A stretch of 57,264 nucleotides of DNA from an uncultured Eubacteriales bacterium (lineage in GTDB: Bacteria > Acidobacteriota > Aminicenantia > Aminicenantales > UBA8522): the NCBI GenBank assembly GCA_964445305.1, contig CAYUKK010000213.1, positions 1 to 57,264 of the forward strand. Reading direction: 5' to 3'. Positions 29,476 through 37,734 of this stretch are shown here, in pieces; the stretch's first letter is position 1, and each line of letters begins with the position of its first letter. The notes beneath the pieces were generated by a model, which was not told where the DNA came from, made no database searches, and worked only from the letters and a program-made list of their open reading frames with translations. The translations under genes were made by a program, and so were the position numbers.

Positions 29476-29494
29476 TCTCTCACCTTCATTTTTT

Positions 29495-30241
29495 TCAAGC
29501 GTTCTCTCGAAGCGCCGCATCCAGGGCGGGAAGAACTTCTCCTGCTTTCCCCCGGAAGGAGTACTGGGCAGTGGAAGAAAGGGGCGTATGGTCGGGGTTG
29601 ATTTCGACAATGGTCGCCCCCGCTTCGGCGGCGACAAGAGGGAGGGAGGCAGCCGGGTAAACATAGGCGGATGTGCCGATGACGAACATGACCTCAGCCG
29701 CCGAGCTGGCGACATAAGCTTTCTCCAGGACATCCTGGGGAAGGGCTTCCCCGAACCAGACGACGTTAGGCCGGAGCAGACCGCCGCAAGAAGGGCAATG
29801 CGGTGGGATGGACACAAGAGGCGATTCGAGATGGTCGAAGATTGTCCCCTCCTCAGTGCAACGGACCTGCCAGATATTGCCATGGAGCTCGAGAATATTC
29901 TTAGAGCCAGCGCGGCGATGTAACCCATCAACATTCTGGGTGATGAGGACGAAAAAAGGGAATTCCTCTTCCCAGCGGGCGAGAACGAGATGGCCTGGGT
30001 TGGGGTCCTTTTGAGCGATGATCGTTCGGCGCCAGTCGTACCATTCCCAAACAAGCTCGGGGTGGCGATGGAAAGCTTCAGGCGTGGCCAGTTCTTCGGC
30101 TCGGAACTGCTTCCACAGGCCATCCTGACCGCGGAAGGTGGGAATCCCGGATTCGGCTGAAATACCGGCTCCCGTGAGAATGGCCAGCCGCGGCTTCAAC
30201 CGCAAGAGGGCGGCCACTTCTTTGAGCTCTTGGTCTTCCAT
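29495..30241 (-). CDS. cobB: NAD-dependent protein deacylase, Sir2 family
   Basis: LAILTGAGISAESGIPTFRG, TQNVDGLH and a CPSCGG zinc module match Sir2. I chose the ATG at 30241 (248 aa) over the tracked TTG at 30361 because of typical CobB length. The start remains uncertain among 30241, 30262 and 30268. Confidence 0.85.
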   Translation of the reverse strand: MEDQELKEVAALLRLKPRLAILTGAGISAESGIPTFRGQDGLWKQFRAEELATPEAFHRHPELVWEWYDWRRTIIAQKDPNPGHLVLARWEEEFPFFVLITQNVDGLHRRAGSKNILELHGNIWQVRCTEEGTIFDHLESPLVSIPPHCPSCGGLLRPNVVWFGEALPQDVLEKAYVASSAAEVMFVIGTSAYVYPAASLPLVAAEAGATIVEINPDHTPLSSTAQYSFRGKAGEVLPALDAALRENA

Positions 30242-30394
30242 TACCAGACAAAGGACGCCCATTAGCATACCCCAAAGGGAGAACCACTTCAAGTAAGCAT
30301 CGAGACCAAAGTTTGCCGATAGCGAATTATCATCAAGCAAAAGTGCTTGCTCTTGTAACAAATTATCACGATAGCCAGTGCACCGGAGGGGTGG

Positions 30395-30606
30395 CGTGGT
30401 TCGGGGACTCCCCGCCGACCCGAGCGTTTGATGCCATGGGGAACAGGCGAGGGGTTGGGGTGAGAAAGCCCGTCGAAGCCTGAGCGGGCATGGTTTCTCG
30501 AGCGGAGCGAGAGAAGAGCGAAGGCTGAGTCGGAGCGAGTTTCCTCGCTGGGGAAACGAGCGGGCTTCGCAATCCCAACCCCGAGCCTGGCCGGGGGTGA
30601 ACCACG
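30395..30606. ncRNA. Candidate structured non-coding element (rod-like imperfect inverted repeat); identity and strand unknown
   Basis: Nested helices are read directly from the sequence: 30395-30402/30599-30606 (8 bp), 30444-30448/30585-30589 (5 bp), 30451-30461/30572-30582 (11 bp, including one G-U on the + sense) and 30466-30472/30561-30567 (7 bp). The apical 88 nt holds further hairpins. GAGCG occurs 7 times within 30422-30562. ORFs tracked over this region are R/S/P-rich and unlike real proteins. Confidence 0.4.
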
Positions 30607-30658
30607 ACAGGACCCGTCACGTGTTTCCATGAGCAATTTCGGGGATTTGGGGCGAAGC

Positions 30659-30687
30659 TTGACTTGCCTGGACATAAATTATATATC
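30659..30687 (+). promoter_or_regulatory. Putative sigma70-type promoter of mtnP
   Basis: TTGACT (30659-30664), a 17-nt spacer, then TATATC (30682-30687). A GAGAGGAAGG ribosome-binding site sits just before the ATG at 30712. Confidence 0.4.
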
Positions 30688-30711
30688 AAAGGTCTCCTTT
30701 AGAGAGGAAGG

Positions 30712-31605
30712 ATGAATTCGAAAAAAAGTGGTAATTTGCCCCAGGCAGACGTCGGGATTCTTGGTGGCACGGGGCTTTACGAAATCGAAGGCATAGAAGG
30801 GGTTGAGGAATGCGCTCTCGAGACTCCTTTCGGCCAGCCTTCCGACGCCTATTTTATCGGCCGTCTCGAAGGGAAGAAGGTAGCTTTCTTAAACCGTCAT
30901 GGCCGTGGCCATCGCTTTCTCCCTTCGGACATCAATTTCCGAGCCAATATCTTCGGTTTCAAGATGCTCGGCGTTGAACGCGTCATCTCGGTCAACTCCT
31001 GTGGTTCTCTCAAGGAAGAAATACGCCCCCGGGACATCGTCCTGGCCGACCAATTCTTCGATAGAACCAAACGGAGTAACACCTTTTTCGGGGGTGGCAT
31101 CGCCGCCCACATCAGTTTTGCTCAACCCGTCTGCCCGAAGCTCTTGGAGAGCCTCTACGCTGCCGGAAAAGAGCTCGGCTTGAGGGTGCACCGCGGCGGC
31201 ACCTATCTCTGCATCGAGGGTCCTGCCTTCTCGACAAAAGCGGAATCTCGCATCTACCGCCTTTGGGGTTGTGACGTCATCGGGATGACGAGTGCGACCG
31301 AGGCCAAGCTCTGCCGGGAAGCGGAGATTTGCTACGCGACGATGAACCTGGTCACTGACTATGATGTCTGGCACGAAGAGGAAGAATCCGTCTCCGTCGA
31401 GCTCATCCTGGAAAACCTCAGACTCAACATCGAGCACGCCAAGGCTATCATCAAGAAAACAATCGCCAGCCTGCCCACTTCCCGCAGCGACGAGTGCGGG
31501 TGCGGCCGGGCACTCGAGAATACGATCGTCACCCGGGAGGCGCTCATTCCACCAGAACTCAAGCAAAAGCTTCGTCCTATCATCGCCAAGTATCTTAAGG
31601 AGTGA
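30712..31605 (+). CDS. mtnP: S-methyl-5'-thioadenosine phosphorylase (MTAP/PNP family 2)
   Basis: 297 aa. VGILGGTGLY, FLNRHGRGH and VIGMTSATEAKLCREAEICYATMNLVTDYD match MTAP. Confidence 0.9.
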   Translation: MNSKKSGNLPQADVGILGGTGLYEIEGIEGVEECALETPFGQPSDAYFIGRLEGKKVAFLNRHGRGHRFLPSDINFRANIFGFKMLGVERVISVNSCGSLKEEIRPRDIVLADQFFDRTKRSNTFFGGGIAAHISFAQPVCPKLLESLYAAGKELGLRVHRGGTYLCIEGPAFSTKAESRIYRLWGCDVIGMTSATEAKLCREAEICYATMNLVTDYDVWHEEEESVSVELILENLRLNIEHAKAIIKKTIASLPTSRSDECGCGRALENTIVTREALIPPELKQKLRPIIAKYLKE

Positions 31606-31620
31606 GGGCGAGCAAAGACC

Positions 31621-32520
31621 ATGAGCCTGGTCATCGTCGGCTCCCTGGCCTTCGATACGATCGAGACGCCCTTTGCCAGACGGGAGAGGGTCATCGGCGG
31701 CTCGGCAACTTACTGTGCTCTGGCGGCAAGCTTCTTCACTTCGCCTAAAATCGTCGGTGTTGTCGGTCGGGACTTTCCGCCGGCCATCCTTCGGTTTTTT
31801 AAGTCCCGACGAATTGACACCCAGGGGGTCGAGATTCGGCCGGGCAAAACCTTCTTCTGGGAGGGCCGTTATGGTTATGACCCCAACATGCGGGAAACGC
31901 TCAAAACAGAGCTCAACGTTTTTCAGGACTTCCAGCCTGAGCTGCCCCCTTCTTACCGGAGAGCGAACATCGTTTTTCTGGCCAACATCGACCCCGACCT
32001 TCAGGAGAGAATCCTTTCTCAAATCCAAAGTCCGGCCCTCGTGGCCATGGACACGATCAATTTCTGGATCGCTCACAAGCCCGACCCGCTCTGGCGGGTG
32101 ATGGGCCAGGTGGATATCTTTTTTGCGAACGAAGAGGAAATCAAGATGTTGACCCAGGAGACAAACCTCATCCGGGCGGGGAAGAAGGTGTTGGCCAAGG
32201 GGCCGCGGCTGGTCATCGTCAAGAAGGGGGAGCACGGTGCCCTCCTCCTCACTCGGGATTTTGTCTTCGGGGTGCTCGGCCATCCGTGCGAGGATGTCGT
32301 TGACCCGACCGGCGCAGGGGATAGCTTTGCCGGTGGCTTCCTCGGCTACCTTGACCGAGCGGGGAAGCTTTCTCGTTCAGAAATCCGTCGGGCGGCGGTC
32401 TACGGAAGCGTTCTCGCCTCTTTCGTCATCGAAGATTTCAGCATCGAGAGACTCAAAACGCTGCGGCGGAAGGATATTGAAGAGAGGTTCAACGAGTTTC
32501 GCCGCCTTGTTTCTTTTTAG
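31621..32520 (+). CDS. PfkB-family carbohydrate/nucleoside kinase
   Basis: 299 aa. It has the N-terminal GSLAFDTIETP motif and the C-terminal PfkB signature DPTGAGDSFAGGFLGYL. Confidence 0.85.
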   Translation: MSLVIVGSLAFDTIETPFARRERVIGGSATYCALAASFFTSPKIVGVVGRDFPPAILRFFKSRRIDTQGVEIRPGKTFFWEGRYGYDPNMRETLKTELNVFQDFQPELPPSYRRANIVFLANIDPDLQERILSQIQSPALVAMDTINFWIAHKPDPLWRVMGQVDIFFANEEEIKMLTQETNLIRAGKKVLAKGPRLVIVKKGEHGALLLTRDFVFGVLGHPCEDVVDPTGAGDSFAGGFLGYLDRAGKLSRSEIRRAAVYGSVLASFVIEDFSIERLKTLRRKDIEERFNEFRRLVSF

Positions 32521-32532
32521 CTCCGCTGGAGT

Positions 32533-33870
32533 CTATTCGAGCCCCAAGATCGTTCGATAAGCGAAGATATCCAGAAAGCCATGGCCGCTGACGTTGAAGG
32601 CGATTACTTTTTTCTCGCCCGCCTCCCGACAGCGGATCGCTTCCTCGATGGCGCAGCAAACAGAGTAAGCGGATTCAGGCGCTGGCAGCCACCCTTCCGT
32701 TTCCATGAATAACCTGGCCATCTCGAAGACATGCTTTTCGTCGCCGGGATAGGCGACTGTCTCGACATACCCTTTGTTCCGCAATAGGCTAATGATGGGG
32801 GAGCAGCCATGATAGCGGAGCCCGTCGGCTTTGATCGGTTCCATATCCATCTTGTGGCCGAGGGTGTACATTTTGAGCATGGGCGTGATTTCCGCATAGT
32901 CGGCAAAATCATACTCGTATTTCCCCTGAAGGTTGGGAGCCACTTGGCTCTGGGCAGCAATGAACCTGATCTTTTTCCCCTTTCTCAGGACATCGCCGAC
33001 AAAGGGGAGGGCGAAGCCACCGAAATTGGAACCGCCGCCGAGGCAGGAGATGATGATGTCCGGGTAATCGTCGAAGAGTTCGAATTGTCTTTGCGCTTCC
33101 AGGCCGATGATCGTTTGATGCATGAGGACATGATTCAGGACTGAGCCCAGGCAGTAGGTAGCTTTGGGGTCTTTCTGGGAATCCTCCAGGCCCTCGGAAA
33201 TGGCGATGCCGAGGGACCCAACATGCTGGGGGTTCCTGTCGTAAAGAGCTCGGCCGCAATCCGTCACCGGACTCGGCGAAGCATGAACTTCCGCGCCCAG
33301 AAGTTTCATGAAAGAAAGCCGGTCTTTTTTCCAATTATAGACACTTCTTACCCAGAAGACCGTGCACTTCAAGCCTGTCACCGCGGCGGCATAAGCGAGC
33401 GCCGTTCCCCACTGGCCGGCTCCCGTTTCGGTGGTCACCCGTTCAAACCCCTGCTGCTTGGCGTACCAGCATTGCGCCAGCGCGGTGTTGACTTTGTGGC
33501 TCCCCGTCGGGCTGAAGAATTCGCTCTTATAATAGAGACGCGCCGGAGTGTCTAACTTTTTTTCCAGGTTTGTCGCCCGGAAAAGAGGCCTGGGCCGGCC
33601 AGCCTTGGCATAAAGGTCCATGATGCCCCCGGGGATATCGACCCATCTTTCGGTCGAGAATTCTTGATGGAGGCATTCTCCGATCATGAGGCGGGGGAGA
33701 TTCTGAAGGCGAGACGGGCCTTCCGCCGGGTCCTTCGGCGGCGGTAGAGGCTCGGGAAGGTCGGGCAGAATGTTATACCATTGGGTCGGGATTTCGTCGA
33801 ACTTCAGGTTGACCATGGTTCTGTTTCCGGCTGCCCCTGGGGAAGGAAAGCGCGATTTTTTCTGCGGCAT
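32533..33870 (-). CDS. TrpB-like PLP-dependent enzyme (tryptophan synthase beta chain type 2, stand-alone)
   Basis: IPTQWYNILPDLPEPLPPP is the TrpB2 N-terminal signature, with FFSPTGSHKVNTA (PLP lysine) and CLGGGSNFGG. The ATG at 33870 has AAGGAG upstream. The tracked TTG at 33903 is less likely, and the ATG at 33816 is also possible. Confidence 0.85.
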   Translation of the reverse strand: MPQKKSRFPSPGAAGNRTMVNLKFDEIPTQWYNILPDLPEPLPPPKDPAEGPSRLQNLPRLMIGECLHQEFSTERWVDIPGGIMDLYAKAGRPRPLFRATNLEKKLDTPARLYYKSEFFSPTGSHKVNTALAQCWYAKQQGFERVTTETGAGQWGTALAYAAAVTGLKCTVFWVRSVYNWKKDRLSFMKLLGAEVHASPSPVTDCGRALYDRNPQHVGSLGIAISEGLEDSQKDPKATYCLGSVLNHVLMHQTIIGLEAQRQFELFDDYPDIIISCLGGGSNFGGFALPFVGDVLRKGKKIRFIAAQSQVAPNLQGKYEYDFADYAEITPMLKMYTLGHKMDMEPIKADGLRYHGCSPIISLLRNKGYVETVAYPGDEKHVFEMARLFMETEGWLPAPESAYSVCCAIEEAIRCREAGEKKVIAFNVSGHGFLDIFAYRTILGLE

Positions 33871-33912
33871 GAATTCCTCATCTCCTTTTTTACGGTTTGT
33901 CAATCGAAAAAG

Positions 33913-33941
33913 CTTATATCATAAGAAAAAGAGGGGGTCAA
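33913..33941 (-). promoter_or_regulatory. Putative sigma70-type promoter of the TrpB2 gene
   Basis: On the minus strand: TTGACC (33941-33936), a 17-nt spacer, then TATAAG (33918-33913). Confidence 0.4.
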
Positions 33942-34006
33942 TTTCAGGCCTAGGGCAAGGGCTATTCTTTCCAGGTTTTGAGGATCCGGTGGAAGACAGA
34001 TGAGGA

Positions 34007-35329
34007 TTAAGGGTTGTAGCCGAAAAGGCGGGGGATAAGCAGGCTGATTTCAGGAATGTAGGTTACAAGGAGAAGGGCTACGACCATGGCCAGGAAAAAG
34101 GGCAAGAGAGGCTTGATGACCCGGGCAATCGGTATACCCGAAATCGCGCAGCCGACGAAGAGAACGCTCCCGACCGGCGGCGTGCACAGGCCGATGCAGA
34201 GGTTCAAAACCATGATGATGCCAAAATGGATTGGGCTCAGACCAAGTTTCAGGGCGATGGGAAGGAAGATGGGAGTGAAGATGAGAACAGCCGGCGTCAT
34301 GTCCATGAAAACTCCGACGATAATGAGGATAAAATTCATAAGGAGGAGGAGAACAAACGGATGATGGGAAAAAGTTAGAAGAGAGGTCGCCAGCTGTTGG
34401 GGTATGTTGAGATAAGCTAAAATCCAGGACATGCCCATGGACGTGCTGATGAGCAGCATGACAATGGAGGTCGTTGTGGCCACGTTGATGAGGATGCGGG
34501 GAAGCTCCTTCCATTGGATTTCCCGATAGATGAAGACGCAGAGGATGAAACTGTAAAGGACGGCAATGGCCGAAGCTTCCGTGGCCGTGAAGTAGCCACC
34601 GACGATTCCGCCCATGACCAAAACAATGAGGAAAAGAGCTGGCAGGGCATCCAGAAAGCTGACGAGGGTTTCAAGCATGGTCTTCCTCGTAGCCTTCGGA
34701 TAGCGACGGCGGAAAGCGAGAGCGCCGGCTACAGCCATGAGGAGGAGGCCGACCAGGACACCGGGCAAATAGCCAGCGAGAAAAAGGGCGCCGATGGACA
34801 CGCCGCCGCTGGCCAGTGAATAGACAATCAGGATGTTGCTGGGCGGAATAAGAAGCCCTGTCGTCGAGGAAGTAATATTCACAGCAGTGGCGTAACCCAG
34901 GTCATATTCCTCTCTCTTCATCATCGGAATCATGAACCCTCCGATGGCAGCGGCACAAGCGACTGCGGACCCGGAAATCGTTCCGAAGAGCATAGCGGCG
35001 AGGATGTGGACAAAGGCTAAACCGCCCGGATACCTCCCCAGAAAAGCCTGGGCAAAATGGACCAATCTCCTGGCCATTCCCCCGCGGCTCATCAGCTCAC
35101 CCGAAAGAATGAAGAAGGGGATGGCCAGAAGGGCAAAGCTATCGATGCCCGTTGTCATCTGGTGAGCCAGAGTCGTCAGCGCCGGCCCTAACTTCAAGCT
35201 CAGGGCAAAAAGAGAGATGCTCAGGATGCCGATGCTGAAAGAAATCGGGAGGCCGAGAAGGAGCAGGAAAACGAAGCCGATAACAAACCCGAGGACGAAG
35301 AGGACGGTCATCTCATTTCTCCCCGACAC
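34007..35329 (-). CDS. dctM: TRAP transporter large permease subunit
   Basis: 440 aa and polytopic, with a typical DctM-family sequence. It overlaps the dctQ end by 17 nt. Confidence 0.9.
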   Translation of the reverse strand: MSGRNEMTVLFVLGFVIGFVFLLLLGLPISFSIGILSISLFALSLKLGPALTTLAHQMTTGIDSFALLAIPFFILSGELMSRGGMARRLVHFAQAFLGRYPGGLAFVHILAAMLFGTISGSAVACAAAIGGFMIPMMKREEYDLGYATAVNITSSTTGLLIPPSNILIVYSLASGGVSIGALFLAGYLPGVLVGLLLMAVAGALAFRRRYPKATRKTMLETLVSFLDALPALFLIVLVMGGIVGGYFTATEASAIAVLYSFILCVFIYREIQWKELPRILINVATTTSIVMLLISTSMGMSWILAYLNIPQQLATSLLTFSHHPFVLLLLMNFILIIVGVFMDMTPAVLIFTPIFLPIALKLGLSPIHFGIIMVLNLCIGLCTPPVGSVLFVGCAISGIPIARVIKPLLPFFLAMVVALLLVTYIPEISLLIPRLFGYNP

Positions 35330-35846
35330 GGGTTTTTGACCCTGGCTCCTTTTTCCCCCGCTCTACCCTTAGGCTTTGGCATTCCTCCACGAGCATAGCT
35401 AGAGAGAAGAAAGCAATCAGGCAGCCACTCAACGGAAGGGCCATGTAAACATAGCCCATCTTGAGGCGAAGGGCAGGGGAGACCTGACCGAGGCGAAGAG
35501 TCAAGAGGACGAGCCACCAGCCCCCGCCGACCATGACCGAGGAGGCAAATAGAATGATAAGAGTGTGAATGAGAGTCTGAGCCCAGACCTTCCTTTTCCC
35601 TGTGAGTTTCTTGAGGAAGATATCGATGGCCAGGTGCATTTTCCGGACCGCCGCATAACTCGAGCCCAGAAGCCCGATCCAGATGAGGAGGAAGCGAGCC
35701 AGTTCCTCCGTATAGGGGCTGGCTTGTTGCAGCACAAAGCGGGTGAACACTTGATAGAGGACGTTGACGATGCTGGCGATAAAAAGGAAGATGAGAACCC
35801 CCTCCAGTATTCTGTTGACTCTTTCCCTGGCCCGGCGGAGCATCAT
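35313..35846 (-). CDS. dctQ: TRAP transporter small permease subunit
   Basis: 177 aa with four transmembrane segments. It contains the DctQ-like motif EELARFLLIWIGLLGSSYA. Confidence 0.85.
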   Translation of the reverse strand: MMLRRARERVNRILEGVLIFLFIASIVNVLYQVFTRFVLQQASPYTEELARFLLIWIGLLGSSYAAVRKMHLAIDIFLKKLTGKRKVWAQTLIHTLIILFASSVMVGGGWWLVLLTLRLGQVSPALRLKMGYVYMALPLSGCLIAFFSLAMLVEECQSLRVERGKKEPGSKTRVGEK

Positions 35847-36877
35847 CGTACTCTCGAGATTTCTTGAAGGATATGGGTGAATTCGGGGTTAGCTTGGAAT
35901 TCTTCGTGGAGGGCCTTCACTTTTTCTAAGAAAAGACTCTTATCTGGATAGAAAATTTTTATTCCCTTTTTCTCAACCTCTTCTAAGGCCTGGCGCGTGG
36001 CTTCTCGCCACAGTTTTTTCTGGAATTCGGCTGACTCTCGGGCTGCTTGCTGGAGGATGCTTCGCCACTCCGGGCTGAGGCGATTCCACGTCCTGGCGCT
36101 GATGAGCAAAACGTCCGGAACTCCGGCGTGTTCGTCCAGACAGTAGAACCTGCAGACTTCGTAATGCCGTGAAAAATAGAAGCTGGGGGGGTTGTTTTCC
36201 GCTCCGTCGACAACCCCTTGCTGGAGAGCCGAATAGAGCTCCCCCCAAGAGATGGGGGTCGGCGCTCCGCCGAGGGCGCGGACCATTTTCATGGAAGTCG
36301 GGCTTTCTTGAGTCCGGATTTTTAGCCCCTTAAGGTCGGCCGGCACCATGACGGGTTTGTTTTTGGTATAAAAGCTTCGGCTGCCCGCATCATAGTAGCA
36401 GAGTCCCATGAGACCCTTCTTTTCCCCAGCGCGCAATAAGGCGTTGCCGATTTCGCTCTCCAACGTTTTCAGCCGATGGTCTTCATCCCGGAAAAGATAG
36501 GGGAGGCTGAAGACGGCCATGACCGGCACAAAATTTTCAAGGACACTCGTCGAGACTTTAGTCATATGCAGAGTCCCCATTTGGAGGAGTTCCAGACACT
36601 CCCGTTCAGAGCCGAGCTGTTCACTCGGATGGAGGTCGACCTTCAACTGGCCGGATGTTCTTTCGAGGACGAGTTGGCAGAAGAGGGCCATGGCCTGGTG
36701 AACCGGATGAGTGGCGCTGAGTCCGTGGGCCAGCTTGAGAACCGTTTGCTCGTTTTGGTAACGGCCACAGGAAAAAATCAGGACGATGAAAAATAATAAA
36801 ATGAAAGCATGGAAGGCACTTGATGCTGGAACCGGCCGGGCGGCGAAGCCATCTCTTGAGGCGGGCGGATTTTTCAT
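35843..36877 (-). CDS. dctP: TRAP transporter substrate-binding protein (DctP family)
   Basis: 344 aa from the ATG at 36877, which forms an ATGA overlap with the upstream stop. A signal/anchor segment is followed by LKLAHGLSATHPVHQA...GVVDGAENNPPSFY. The tracked ORF extends upstream out of frame into the next gene. Confidence 0.88.
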   Translation of the reverse strand: MKNPPASRDGFAARPVPASSAFHAFILLFFIVLIFSCGRYQNEQTVLKLAHGLSATHPVHQAMALFCQLVLERTSGQLKVDLHPSEQLGSERECLELLQMGTLHMTKVSTSVLENFVPVMAVFSLPYLFRDEDHRLKTLESEIGNALLRAGEKKGLMGLCYYDAGSRSFYTKNKPVMVPADLKGLKIRTQESPTSMKMVRALGGAPTPISWGELYSALQQGVVDGAENNPPSFYFSRHYEVCRFYCLDEHAGVPDVLLISARTWNRLSPEWRSILQQAARESAEFQKKLWREATRQALEEVEKKGIKIFYPDKSLFLEKVKALHEEFQANPEFTHILQEISRVR

Positions 36878-37713
36878 AAAGCCGCGAGAACTCCCCGGAC
36901 ATAGCCGATGGATTCGGCTGCTCCGGGAAGGGCATCCTTGGCATCCTTCTCGTACTCGAGCGAAATGACCCCCGAATATCGGCGTCTGATGACCGTCCGG
37001 AGAAAGCCAGGAATGTCGACAACTCCTCGCCCTATCTCCACGGGTTCGCCGGCCGCAGAGGAGGCAGTCATGTCCTTGATGTGGATATCGAGAAGCCGGT
37101 CGGCGCAAGCCTCGGCCGCCCTGGCAGGGTCAATCCCGCTCCGCTGGGTATGGCCGACATCGAGGCAGATTCCAACGCGGGAATCGAGGCCCTGGATTTT
37201 TTCGTAGATGCTCTGGGGAGTGGGGAAGACATGATCCTCAGGCCCGTGATTGTGGATAGCCAGCCTGATGTTGAACTCTTGCACTTTCTTGTTAACTAAA
37301 TCGAGAAGCGAGGGGTCGGGGGCACCAACGATGAGCCTCATCCCAGCCGCCCGAGCATAACTGAACGCTCTCTCCACTTCCTCCTGATTTTTCATGTAGA
37401 TGACGCCTCCGCCATAAACATCGAGCCCGGCTTCCCTTATTTTTTGGGCCGTTTTTTCAACCTCGCAGTCAGGGCTTTCGAGGGGAAGATGGACGCTTTT
37501 CAGGCAAATTTTTTTTAAGCCCAGCCGTCGAGTCATGAGGATTACCTCCTCCAGCCCGTACTCTCGAAAGGTATAGGAAGCAAGGCCCAGGCTGAAAGGT
37601 TTCGCTTCCGTCTCTTCCTGGCCTTTCGAATACGCTCCCTCGCGCCTAAAAAAGAAAGGCAACGAGACGGTCATCTGGAGGCTGGTGAGTTGAAGAAAAT
37701 TCCTTCTTTTCAT
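36874..37713 (-). CDS. Tat-signal xylose-isomerase-like TIM-barrel protein (sugar phosphate isomerase/epimerase, AP_endonuc_2 fold)
   Basis: 279 aa. MKRRNFLQL is a twin-arginine motif. IAIHNHG and GICLDVGH provide the metal ligands typical of this fold. Confidence 0.8.
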   Translation of the reverse strand: MKRRNFLQLTSLQMTVSLPFFFRREGAYSKGQEETEAKPFSLGLASYTFREYGLEEVILMTRRLGLKKICLKSVHLPLESPDCEVEKTAQKIREAGLDVYGGGVIYMKNQEEVERAFSYARAAGMRLIVGAPDPSLLDLVNKKVQEFNIRLAIHNHGPEDHVFPTPQSIYEKIQGLDSRVGICLDVGHTQRSGIDPARAAEACADRLLDIHIKDMTASSAAGEPVEIGRGVVDIPGFLRTVIRRRYSGVISLEYEKDAKDALPGAAESIGYVRGVLAAL

Positions 37714-37734
37714 TTGGCTATTCCTTGCGCAAAT

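Noticed and set aside
29476-30123. N-terminal 216 codons of the tracked 610-aa ORF 28291-30123
   Set aside because: This part overlaps cobB in another frame and is S/R/P-rich. The LarC homology begins at the GTG at 29475, which has its own ribosome-binding site 20 nt after the cobB stop.
30289-30689. Two overlapping minus-strand ORFs (128 aa and 107 aa) in the cobB-mtnP gap
   Set aside because: The translations are R/S/P/G-rich with no hydrophobic core pattern or ribosome-binding site. The region is better explained by RNA-type secondary structure (see the finding for 30242-30711).
30361-30700. Whether the structured element is RNase P RNA, tmRNA, SRP RNA, a T-box leader (metG lies downstream) or a CsrB-like GGA sponge
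   Set aside because: By eye I found none of the following: the GGAAAGUCCGG / ACAGAACCCGGCUUA P4 pair with correct spacing, a tRNA-like T-arm or tag ORF, the GGAA tetraloop/AGCAGC SRP motif, or the GGUGGUACCGCG T-box. About 9 GGA triplets in 300 nt is near the chance expectation. A covariance-model search is still needed.
30889-32283. 464-aa minus-strand ORF
   Set aside because: It is antisense to mtnP and the PfkB kinase, has shadow-ORF composition and contains no motifs.
36878-37108. Upstream extension of the DctP ORF (tracked start 37108)
   Set aside because: It overlaps the 3' end of the TIM-barrel gene out of frame and is R/C/G-rich. The ATG at 36877 gives a normal signal peptide and an ATGA coupling overlap.
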